This document shows, in pieces, positions 16,039-23,421 of a stretch of 32,000 nt of DNA (the first letter of the stretch is position 1; every line of letters begins with the position of its first letter). A model generated the notes under the pieces. It was not told where the DNA came from. It ran no database searches and saw nothing but the letters and a program-made list of their open reading frames with translations. The translations under genes were made by a program, and so were the position numbers. Source of the stretch: Candidatus Electrothrix sp. GW3-4 (GTDB lineage: Bacteria; Desulfobacterota; Desulfobulbia; Desulfobulbales; Desulfobulbaceae). Location: the NCBI RefSeq assembly GCF_037902255.1, contig NZ_CP147990.1, forward strand, positions 1,350,001 to 1,382,000. The letters run 5' to 3'.

Positions 16039-18123
16039 ATGAACGATAAGGAAGTACTTGATAAACAGGAAACAGGTACCAGGAAATATCCCCTGTTGCC
16101 TGCTGTTGCTCTGCTCTTGCTTTTTCCGGTTTTTGCCGGAGCAAGCGAACCGGTGGTAGCGGAACAACAGGAACAACAGAAGGATGCTGGCGCTTCGACT
16201 CTGCTCGACGAGGTGGTTGTACGGGGTGAAGCGATTAACACAAATCTTCAGAGCACTTCGGCCACAATCCTGGACAATGAGGATATCACGAACCGTGTTT
16301 ATATTACCCCGCTGGATATGGTGGAGCAGACGCCGGGGGTCTCTGTTGTGCAGTACAAACAGGGAGGAACTGCGGCCAACTTCATCATGCGTGGATTTAG
16401 CGGTAATTCGCACGGTCCTAACACCGCCATTTATGTAGACGGTATTCTTCTCAATGAAGGTGATGGCTATGCAGACACCAATACCATTAATCCCAATGAG
16501 GTGGAGCGGGCAGAGGTTATCAAAGGACCGGCCTCAGCCCTCTACGGAAACTACGCCTCTGCCGGTACCTTGTCCTATTACACCAAAAAGCGCGTTGACG
16601 GACAGCAGGTGAAACTGCACTACGGTGCTCATAATACCTACGAGGGCAATTATGTCGGCGGATTCTCCACTGACGAGACCGATTATGTCTTTTCCCTGCT
16701 GAATTACCATACAGACGGCTACCAGGATAATTCCGACTGGGACAAACTGAATGCCGCCACCCGAATCACCCACAAGATCAATGACTCCCTGAGTGCCCGA
16801 ATTAGCCTGCGGGGCTTTAACTCAGACTGGGATGCTCCGGGCTATCTGACCCAGGAGAAATTTGATGCAGATCCCACCCAGGCCGTGAGCGAGACCAACG
16901 GCGGCAGCAAAGATCGCCTGGAAGGCAGGCTGGACTTTGATTATCGCCTCAATACGACATCCAAGATCCTCTTCTATCTCTGGAACTCAGACCAGAACTT
17001 CAAGCGCTGGTATGCAGGTGACCCGGAAGGGCTTTCTGCTGACACTGTTGTCGGTAATCTCCGTGACTTTGACCGTGCTGTTTACGGAGTGGGCGGAAGT
17101 TACAACTTTATCGGTAAGCTCCTTGACCGGGAACTGCACCTGACAGCCGGTGCCGACTATATGGTTGAGGATGACAGCCGCAAACGCTGGCGGCTGCTTG
17201 CCGGAACCGGTCGGGAAAAAGGAGAGCAATTCTGGAATTACAACATAGATATGCAGTCTCTTGGGCTCTTTTCCGAAGGCAGTCTTCAGGTTACTCCTTT
17301 CCTGCGTCTGAACGTAGGCGCCCGCTTCGACTATTTTGCTGGAGATCTTGTGGACTACCTGGATAACGGGAGTGAGTTTTCTATGGATACCCAGACTATT
17401 TTTTCTCCCAAGGCGGGCGGCGTACTCACCCTGCTGGAGGATCATCTTGAACTGTTTACCAATTACAGTGAAGGCTTCGCCCTTATGCCCGGCTTCTCGG
17501 AGATGGCCGCCTTTACCCAGGAGAACTGGGATCCGCAGAAACGAACCCAGGTGGAGGCAGGTTCCCGCATCAGGCCCACTGATTGGTTTATGGCGGAGCT
17601 TGTCGGCTACCAGCTCAAGACTTCAGAGGATTTTATAGAAACCGTGGCTGGCTCTGGTGAGTTTGACAACGTGGGCAAAACCACCCGTAACGGCACAGAG
17701 GTCCGGCTGGACCTGTACGGTTTTGAATACGGGTATGTTCACGCTGACTACGCATACATTGATGCGAAGTACGATGAATATCAGGTTTATGGTCAGTCCT
17801 ATGCCGATAACACCGTGACCGGTGTGCCGGAGCATGTTGTGAATCTGGAGGTGGGGTACAGCCCGCCGAGCGGGGCCGGAGGCCGGGTCCGTTATCACTG
17901 GGAGGACGGCTACTATCTGGACATGGACAACCAACAGGAGTCTGAGGATTGGGGTCGGGTTGACGCGCAGGTTTCCTATCGTTTCGGAGGAAAGGAACGA
18001 TATCTGCTTGCTCTGGATGTCATTAACCTGTTTGATGAGAAATACGCAGATTACACCTCAAGCAGCTCGTATTCTCCGGCCCTGCCCTTGTCAACCTATC
18101 TGACCATGACTGTGGAGTTTTAA
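16039..18123 (+). CDS. TonB-dependent outer-membrane receptor (copy 2, diverged from copy 1)
   Basis: The start is moved to ATG 16039 (AAAGG 8 nt upstream), because the track's 15937 start would read through the terminator hairpin. 'LLDEVVVRGE' TonB box/plug, 'AEVIKGPASALYGNYASAGTLSY', and a C-terminal '...MTVEF'. Confidence 0.9.
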   Translation: MNDKEVLDKQETGTRKYPLLPAVALLLLFPVFAGASEPVVAEQQEQQKDAGASTLLDEVVVRGEAINTNLQSTSATILDNEDITNRVYITPLDMVEQTPGVSVVQYKQGGTAANFIMRGFSGNSHGPNTAIYVDGILLNEGDGYADTNTINPNEVERAEVIKGPASALYGNYASAGTLSYYTKKRVDGQQVKLHYGAHNTYEGNYVGGFSTDETDYVFSLLNYHTDGYQDNSDWDKLNAATRITHKINDSLSARISLRGFNSDWDAPGYLTQEKFDADPTQAVSETNGGSKDRLEGRLDFDYRLNTTSKILFYLWNSDQNFKRWYAGDPEGLSADTVVGNLRDFDRAVYGVGGSYNFIGKLLDRELHLTAGADYMVEDDSRKRWRLLAGTGREKGEQFWNYNIDMQSLGLFSEGSLQVTPFLRLNVGARFDYFAGDLVDYLDNGSEFSMDTQTIFSPKAGGVLTLLEDHLELFTNYSEGFALMPGFSEMAAFTQENWDPQKRTQVEAGSRIRPTDWFMAELVGYQLKTSEDFIETVAGSGEFDNVGKTTRNGTEVRLDLYGFEYGYVHADYAYIDAKYDEYQVYGQSYADNTVTGVPEHVVNLEVGYSPPSGAGGRVRYHWEDGYYLDMDNQQESEDWGRVDAQVSYRFGGKERYLLALDVINLFDEKYADYTSSSSYSPALPLSTYLTMTVEF

Positions 18124-18131
18124 CTATATTA

Positions 18132-18159
18132 AGAGGGAGGAGAATGCTCTCCTCCCTCT
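18132..18159 (+). other. Perfect 12-bp stem / 4-nt loop hairpin between receptor 2 and DUF4198 copy 2
   Basis: AGAGGGAGGAGA-atgc-TCTCCTCCCTCT begins 9 nt after the stop. No adjacent T-run; a T7 run lies about 20 nt downstream. Confidence 0.6.
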
Positions 18160-18214
18160 CCTCATCTGACGAAAAGACTTTTTTTGTTTCCCTACATTAT
18201 AAAGGAGAAAAACA

Positions 18215-18994
18215 ATGGGTAAGCGAAGGGCAACCCTCATAATCTCTCTGGCACTGATTGTTTTATCCAGCAGTCAGGCATTTGCTCATTTCCCCTGGAT
18301 CAACACAGACGGCTATACCCACCACAGCGGGGGAACGCCGCATATTTCCATCGGCTGGGGACACCGTTATCCCCTGGGCCGTTTTCTCCGGCAGGAAGAC
18401 CTGGAGAACATGAGTCTGCGGGGACCGGGTGGGTATGAAATTTCTCTCAAGGCGAGCAATAGTATGGAATTCGAGCCCGAAGAGGCCCTGAGCACTCCTG
18501 GCACCTATACTGTTGCGGCCCAGCGCAAGACTGGTTTTTACACCAAGACCACCGAGGGCGGTAAGCGCCAATCCAAGGAGGGGTTGAGCAATGTCCTGCA
18601 CTGCTCAAGATCACATATGACCATGAAGGCCCTGCTGACAGTGGGAGAGACTGAGGAAGCGGAAGCGCTAAACACCACACCGGTGGGACATCCCCTGGAG
18701 ATTATTCCGCAGGCCAGCCCAGCCTCTCTGCGGGCCGGTGATTACTTTCCTGTGCTGCTGCTTCTGTACGGAAAACCCTATCAGGGCAAGCTCTTTGCCA
18801 CCTATATGGGCTTTTCCACAGAAAAGGATGTCTTTGCCTATACAGCGAAGACCGATAAAAAAGGTATGGGGAAGATTCGCATCCTTCAGCCCGGTGTCTG
18901 GCTGATTAAGGCGGAATACCAGGAACCCTACTCGGATCAGCAGGTCTGTGACGTGGAATCCTTCTCTGCCACCCTCACTTTGGAAATACAATAA
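18215..18994 (+). CDS. DUF4198 / COG5266-type periplasmic protein, copy 2
   Basis: 259 aa. Signal peptide ending 'SQAFA|HFPW'. SD AAGGAG. The C-terminal ~100 aa are almost identical to copy 1. Confidence 0.7.
   Translation: MGKRRATLIISLALIVLSSSQAFAHFPWINTDGYTHHSGGTPHISIGWGHRYPLGRFLRQEDLENMSLRGPGGYEISLKASNSMEFEPEEALSTPGTYTVAAQRKTGFYTKTTEGGKRQSKEGLSNVLHCSRSHMTMKALLTVGETEEAEALNTTPVGHPLEIIPQASPASLRAGDYFPVLLLLYGKPYQGKLFATYMGFSTEKDVFAYTAKTDKKGMGKIRILQPGVWLIKAEYQEPYSDQQVCDVESFSATLTLEIQ
18691..18994 (+). repeat. High-identity duplicated tract (3' end of DUF4198 copy 2), partner at 15611-15914
   Basis: See the partner feature at 15611-15914: 273/304 identical by hand alignment. Confidence 0.85.
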
Positions 18995-19016
18995 GTTTTT
19001 TCGCGTGAGCCATCTC

Positions 19017-19058
19017 CTGCTCCCGACTGTGCTTGTATAGGCGTCGGGAGCAGTTTTT
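19017..19058 (+). terminator. Rho-independent terminator after DUF4198 copy 2
   Basis: Stem CTGCTCCCGA (19017-19026) / TCGGGAGCAG (19044-19053) followed by T5. The stem sequence is identical to the 15968-16009 element. Confidence 0.8.
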
Positions 19059-19064
19059 CATCGT

Positions 19065-19184
19065 TGATGAAAATTGATAGTTTCGTAAAAAGTCCAATTT
19101 CTCGAAAAAACGCATTGTAACTATTTGAGTTGTCGTTATCGATTTGTCATTTTCTGACTTTTTACGAGAGCATCAAAATTTCAT
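19065..19184. repeat. About 120-nt AT-rich element bounded by imperfect ~29-nt inverted repeats
   Basis: The left arm is TGATGAAAATTGATAGTTTCGTAAAAAGTC (19065-19094). The right arm is GACTTTTTACGAGAGCATCAAAATTTCAT (19156-19184). They share a 12-bp perfect core, TCGTAAAAAGTC/GACTTTTTACGA, and a second matching block, TTGAT/ATCAA. Confidence 0.6.
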
Positions 19185-19297
19185 GCACCAACCACATCTC
19201 CCTTTTTGCATTCTCTTCTTCTAAGTAACATGAACGTGTACGTCACTGTTATTTTGAAGTTTGGTCCCTGGCGCAGGCCGGGGGGAGCGCTCTCAAG

Positions 19298-21262
19298 TTA
19301 CATCTGATGATTATTCAGCCGATTTTCAAGTCGTGCTAGATTTTGTTGTGCATCTTTAAAATGAGGATCAATCAGTAATGCCTGCTGATAACTTGCCATT
19401 GCTGCTTGTAGCTTGTTAAGGTGTTCCTGAGCAACACCGAGATTGTTATATGCTTCTTTAAATCCCCGTTTAAGCTGAACCACTTCCTGTAGGGCCTGCT
19501 CAGCCTCAGCGAACCGATTGAGACGTAACAGCAAAATACTTCTATTATAACGAATTTCAATATTATTTTTAGTGAGTTCAATGGCTCGGTCATAATGCAG
19601 CATGGACGGTTTAAATCGTCCTGATGCCGCTAGGGCGTTTGCTAAGTTCGTATGTCCTTTGGCAAAGTTAGGGTCAAGCTTCAGAGCCTTGTTGTAATAG
19701 GCGATAGCCTGTTCATGTTGTCCAAGTCTGGATAAAGCATTTCCCATATTATTAAGAGCCTCTTTATACTGCGGGTGCAGGCGTAAAGCAGCTGAATATT
19801 GTTTGAGAGCGGCTTGGAAGTCGCCGGTTTTCATATTTAGGTTGCCAAGATTATTCAGTATGGTTGGATTGTTCGGGTCAAGTTCCGCAGCTCTTGCATA
19901 ATGCCGGAGCGCTTCACAGTCACGGTCCTCCTTTTCCAGATAATAGGCTAAGCTTTCATGCGGCCTGGGCTTGTTCGGAGATTTTTCCGCACTATCCTGC
20001 CAAAGTGCAATGCCGCTTTTCCAGGCGCTGTTCCGGTCATAAGTCCATGCAGACCACAGGGTGAGCAGTACTGTAAGTATAATTATTACCGTATCCCGTT
20101 TTAGAAAGCGTCTCAGGCAGAAGACGATACCCGGAATCAGCATCATTGACGGAATATAGTTTCGATGCTCAAAAATGAAGTCAAGCGGAATAATGGTAGA
20201 TTCTATCACCAGGTTTGTGAAAAACCAGAAAATGCCAAAGGTAAGTAGCGGGAGTTTGCGTACCGTAACTATTCCGATCAGCAGGAAGATGATGATCACC
20301 GCAAGACTCAGGGCTGTAGACGGCGGTACAGTCAGTGATGTTGAGAGCAAGATGTCGTGGTCGATATTTAGGCGGGACGGATGGGGAAAGGCAATAAGAG
20401 ATAGGTACAGAATAACCACCCTGAATTCGGTCATCACCCGCTGTATCGGAGTAAAGTCATTCTTGGCATACCAGCTGTTGAGTTTTGCAAGAGGAGCTCC
20501 ATCAAGAAAATACCAACTTAAGGCAAGAAGGACGACGAGGGCACCAAGAAGAAAAGGAAGATAACGACCTATCCATTTCCAGCTGCTTTTTTGTAGGAAG
20601 ATCCACTCGTACAAAATAAAAAGAATTGGCAGTACAGCAGCGTTTGGCTTGGAGCCAATTGCCAGTAATCCTAAGAGAAGACAGAAAACGGCAAGAAGAG
20701 CTTTTCGTGCACTAGATTTTGATAGGCGGCTGCGGATATAGCAGAGCAGGCTCAATAAGAGGAATAAGCCCGCAAGACTGTTCATTCGTTGCACTATATA
20801 GGTTACCGATTGTACCTGTATGGGATGGATTGCCCATAATATTGCACTGATGAGCGGGAACCAGCGATATTTTCGGACTTCATTTTTGTCAAACAATAAA
20901 TTGATTGTGATAGAGAGAACAGTATACAGCACCATTGCTGTGCAGATATGGATAAGGATATTTGTTGTTCTGAACCAAAACGGTGAGAGCCCGTGGAGAT
21001 AATAATCAAGAGCGAAGCTCAGTACGGCGACTGGCCTTGGGCGTTGAACAGCTTTCTCCAGTGCGGAAAATGATAATTTTGCTATATGCACGGCTGGATT
21101 TTGTTCTATATTGTTTGTATCGTCAAAGAGAAAAGGGCCATTCAGCGCAGGAAAATACAGGGAAGGGACGAGCAGAATGAGCAGAGCAAGAAGTGAAAAG
21201 GCTTCCCTATAGTGAAAGCCCTTGAGCTTAGCGGGATGACATGCTATAGCTAAATATTTCAT
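19298..21262 (-). CDS. Polytopic GT-C-fold glycosyltransferase-like membrane protein with C-terminal TPR repeats (TMTC/PMT-like architecture)
   Basis: 654 aa with about 10-12 TM helices. The first loop motif 'LNGPFLFDDTNNIEQNP' is an acidic DD motif as in GT-C enzymes. The C-terminal ~220 aa consists of canonical TPRs ('ALRHYARAAELDPNN...', 'AIAYYNKALKLDPNF...'). Confidence 0.7.
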   Translation of the reverse strand: MKYLAIACHPAKLKGFHYREAFSLLALLILLVPSLYFPALNGPFLFDDTNNIEQNPAVHIAKLSFSALEKAVQRPRPVAVLSFALDYYLHGLSPFWFRTTNILIHICTAMVLYTVLSITINLLFDKNEVRKYRWFPLISAILWAIHPIQVQSVTYIVQRMNSLAGLFLLLSLLCYIRSRLSKSSARKALLAVFCLLLGLLAIGSKPNAAVLPILFILYEWIFLQKSSWKWIGRYLPFLLGALVVLLALSWYFLDGAPLAKLNSWYAKNDFTPIQRVMTEFRVVILYLSLIAFPHPSRLNIDHDILLSTSLTVPPSTALSLAVIIIFLLIGIVTVRKLPLLTFGIFWFFTNLVIESTIIPLDFIFEHRNYIPSMMLIPGIVFCLRRFLKRDTVIIILTVLLTLWSAWTYDRNSAWKSGIALWQDSAEKSPNKPRPHESLAYYLEKEDRDCEALRHYARAAELDPNNPTILNNLGNLNMKTGDFQAALKQYSAALRLHPQYKEALNNMGNALSRLGQHEQAIAYYNKALKLDPNFAKGHTNLANALAASGRFKPSMLHYDRAIELTKNNIEIRYNRSILLLRLNRFAEAEQALQEVVQLKRGFKEAYNNLGVAQEHLNKLQAAMASYQQALLIDPHFKDAQQNLARLENRLNNHQM

Positions 21263-21333
21263 AGAAATAGTTTTATTTTTTGTAATAAAATAAGAGGGTC
21301 GAGATCTTAACTGAGGAAGTCTCCTGAATATTC

Positions 21334-21366
21334 AGTTTTTTTTCACAAAAAAAACTATAATGAATT
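21334..21366. promoter_or_regulatory. Two adjacent perfect palindromes in the divergent promoter region
   Basis: CTGAATATTCAG (21334-21345) overlaps AGTTTTTTTT-cac-AAAAAAAACT (21344-21366). They lie between the divergent starts at 21262 (-) and 21421 (+). Confidence 0.4.
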
Positions 21367-21420
21367 GGATAGGGTTGGTCAAACAGGATGATAGCAAACT
21401 TTTAAAAAGGAGGTGTTAAG

Positions 21421-22281
21421 ATGACGGCAATATTTTGTAAAATTTATAGAATTTTTATATACAGCTCAATGCCTTGGTTGGTTGCAGGGGGGCTCTTCTC
21501 TTCGGCAAATGCTGCATCAATTAGTGGAGAACTCTACTACCAAACGGTAGGGACGCCACTGCCTGCTACTTCACTTGAGAATATTTGGGTAAAGGCATAC
21601 TTGGAAAATCCTACTGATCCAGGATCCTGCAACAGTACGCAGGACAACAGATGGTATACTGCGGAAACAGATAATTATTGGTGTTCATGGTGTGATCCTG
21701 AGCGAGAGGTTACAGAATATTACCTCTGGGGATTACCTGTCGGAACGTATTATCTTCGTACAGCTGAGGAGTGGTGGGATGGTGAGCAGGCTTGCAATAA
21801 TGCATCCTCAATTACGATTGCTGATGAATGGGACTATATAGACGGCAAAAATCTTATAGTATATCCCGGTGCCGTAATCTCTGGAACCTTGTATGATGAA
21901 TCTGATAACGGACCGCCCCAGACAGGGCTTGAAGTACTCGTTCATAAAATTGAAAATAACGATCCCTGCACGCCTGAACTTGGCTGGCCGTTGTTGCATG
22001 CTGTAACATCTCAATTTGATTCATTTTATAATATAAATGGCGTGCCGATCGGAGATTATGTATTGAAAACTGATGATGTATCGGGAAGTTATGTGAGTGA
22101 GTTCTATACATCATCAGGAGGGACAACAGGCTGCGAAGGGGCCGAGATTCTTTCTATCACAGATTCGGGGGATATGCTGACCGGAAAAGATTTTTTTCTT
22201 GATAGCCTGCAAGCTACTCCAGTAATGTCGCCCATTTATCTGCTGTTGCTGAATAATCAACCGCCTGTCACAGGCTATTGA
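21421..22281 (+). CDS. Secreted protein with two carboxypeptidase-regulatory-like (Cna-B/beta-sandwich) repeats and a short hydrophobic C-terminal tail
   Basis: 286 aa. Strong SD AAGGAGG. Signal peptide '...GGLFSSANA|ASISG'. Two repeats share the pattern 'ISGxLY...G.P....v.V......Y...G(L/V)P(V/I)G(T/D)Y(Y/V)L(R/K)T'. The tail is 'TPVMSPIYLLLLNNQPPVTGY'. Confidence 0.6.
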   Translation: MTAIFCKIYRIFIYSSMPWLVAGGLFSSANAASISGELYYQTVGTPLPATSLENIWVKAYLENPTDPGSCNSTQDNRWYTAETDNYWCSWCDPEREVTEYYLWGLPVGTYYLRTAEEWWDGEQACNNASSITIADEWDYIDGKNLIVYPGAVISGTLYDESDNGPPQTGLEVLVHKIENNDPCTPELGWPLLHAVTSQFDSFYNINGVPIGDYVLKTDDVSGSYVSEFYTSSGGTTGCEGAEILSITDSGDMLTGKDFFLDSLQATPVMSPIYLLLLNNQPPVTGY

Positions 22282-23399
22282 TGGGGCAAGCAGAAAAGAA
22301 GCATAATGCTGTCATCGGGGCTGGCTTCGGCGATGAAGGTAAAGGGATGTTCACTGATTACCTTTGCCGGAATGCCGAACGGCCCCTGGTCATCCGGTTT
22401 TCAGGAGGGCAGCAGGCCGGGCATACGGTTGTCCATAAGGGTATCCGTCATGTGTTTTCCAATTTCGGTGCAGGTACCCTACAAGGGGCTCCCAGTTATT
22501 TTGCACGGTTCTGTACAATTGATCCCGTAGGGATTGTTAATGAGCTTGATGTACTTCTTGAAAAAGGAGTGGAGCCGTTGCTCTATATTGATGCGGAATG
22601 CCCGGTGACAACGCCCTATGATATTAGCTATAATCAGCAGCACCATCCCCACGGTAGTTGCGGCGTCGGCGTCGGTGCCACCATTAATAGAGAGGAGCAT
22701 TTTTACTCCCTGACCTTTGCTGATCTCTTTTTCCCTTGGGTCTTGGAAACCCGCCTTAAGCTGATTAAAGATTTTTATCAAGGGCCAGCAGATATCGTAC
22801 TGGAGGATTTCTTGCAGTGCTGCTCTGTGCTCACCAGATCACCTTGGCTTCGAATGAGCAGGGGGCTGCCCTCAGACCCGTTTAGCGACTATATCTATGA
22901 GGGCTCCCAAGGGCTTTTGCTCGACCAACATTACGGCTTTTTTCCCTATGTTACCCGCTCTGATACTGGGACCAAGAATATTCTCTCACTATGCGGCAAG
23001 AACACCCCTCAAGTATATCTGATCACCCGGGCCTATCAGGCCCGCCACGGCCTCGGGCCTATGTCCAATGAAAACCTTCCCCATAATATCAAAGAGAATC
23101 CCTTAGAGACCAATGTGCGCAATCGGTTCCAAGGAGAATTCAGACGGAGTCTGCTTGATCTTTCTTTACTTGAATACGCAATGCAGCGAGATCGTTTGCT
23201 TGTCGCTGATCCGGATAAATGCCTTGTGATTACCTGCCTGGATCATATCAGTAATGAATACCGATTTAGCCAGGATGGGGAGATTATTCATTGTGCGAGC
23301 GAGGATGATTTCGTTGCAAGAATAGCTGAGCAGCTGAAGATCAGGAAGGTGTACACGAGTGCTTCGGATGATTCTCAAACACTGGTTCGACGTATTTAA
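22281..23399 (+). CDS. Short, divergent adenylosuccinate synthetase family protein (PurA/PurZ-like paralog)
   Basis: 372 aa from ATG 22281, which overlaps the upstream TGA (TGATG). The track's 22278 start is a TTG. PurA hallmarks are present: 'GAGFGDEGKGMFTD', 'RFSGGQQAGHTV', 'YEGSQGLLLDQHYGFFPYVTRSDT', 'RAYQARHGLGP'. Other substrate loops diverge (see findings). Confidence 0.75.
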   Translation: MGQAEKKHNAVIGAGFGDEGKGMFTDYLCRNAERPLVIRFSGGQQAGHTVVHKGIRHVFSNFGAGTLQGAPSYFARFCTIDPVGIVNELDVLLEKGVEPLLYIDAECPVTTPYDISYNQQHHPHGSCGVGVGATINREEHFYSLTFADLFFPWVLETRLKLIKDFYQGPADIVLEDFLQCCSVLTRSPWLRMSRGLPSDPFSDYIYEGSQGLLLDQHYGFFPYVTRSDTGTKNILSLCGKNTPQVYLITRAYQARHGLGPMSNENLPHNIKENPLETNVRNRFQGEFRRSLLDLSLLEYAMQRDRLLVADPDKCLVITCLDHISNEYRFSQDGEIIHCASEDDFVARIAEQLKIRKVYTSASDDSQTLVRRI

Positions 23400-23421
23400 C
23401 AGGGGTGCAGATCCACGGTAG

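Noticed and set aside
16987-17445. 152-aa minus-strand ORF, and similar 100-150-aa antisense ORFs within the TonB receptor genes (for example 12990-13448)
   Set aside because: They are antisense to strongly supported receptor genes and carry no motifs.
22200-22281. C-terminal tail 'TPVMSPIYLLLLNNQPPVTGY' of the secreted protein as a PEP-CTERM or similar sorting signal
   Set aside because: It lacks the PEP motif, a full-length TM helix and the terminal basic cluster. No exosortase gene is in the window.
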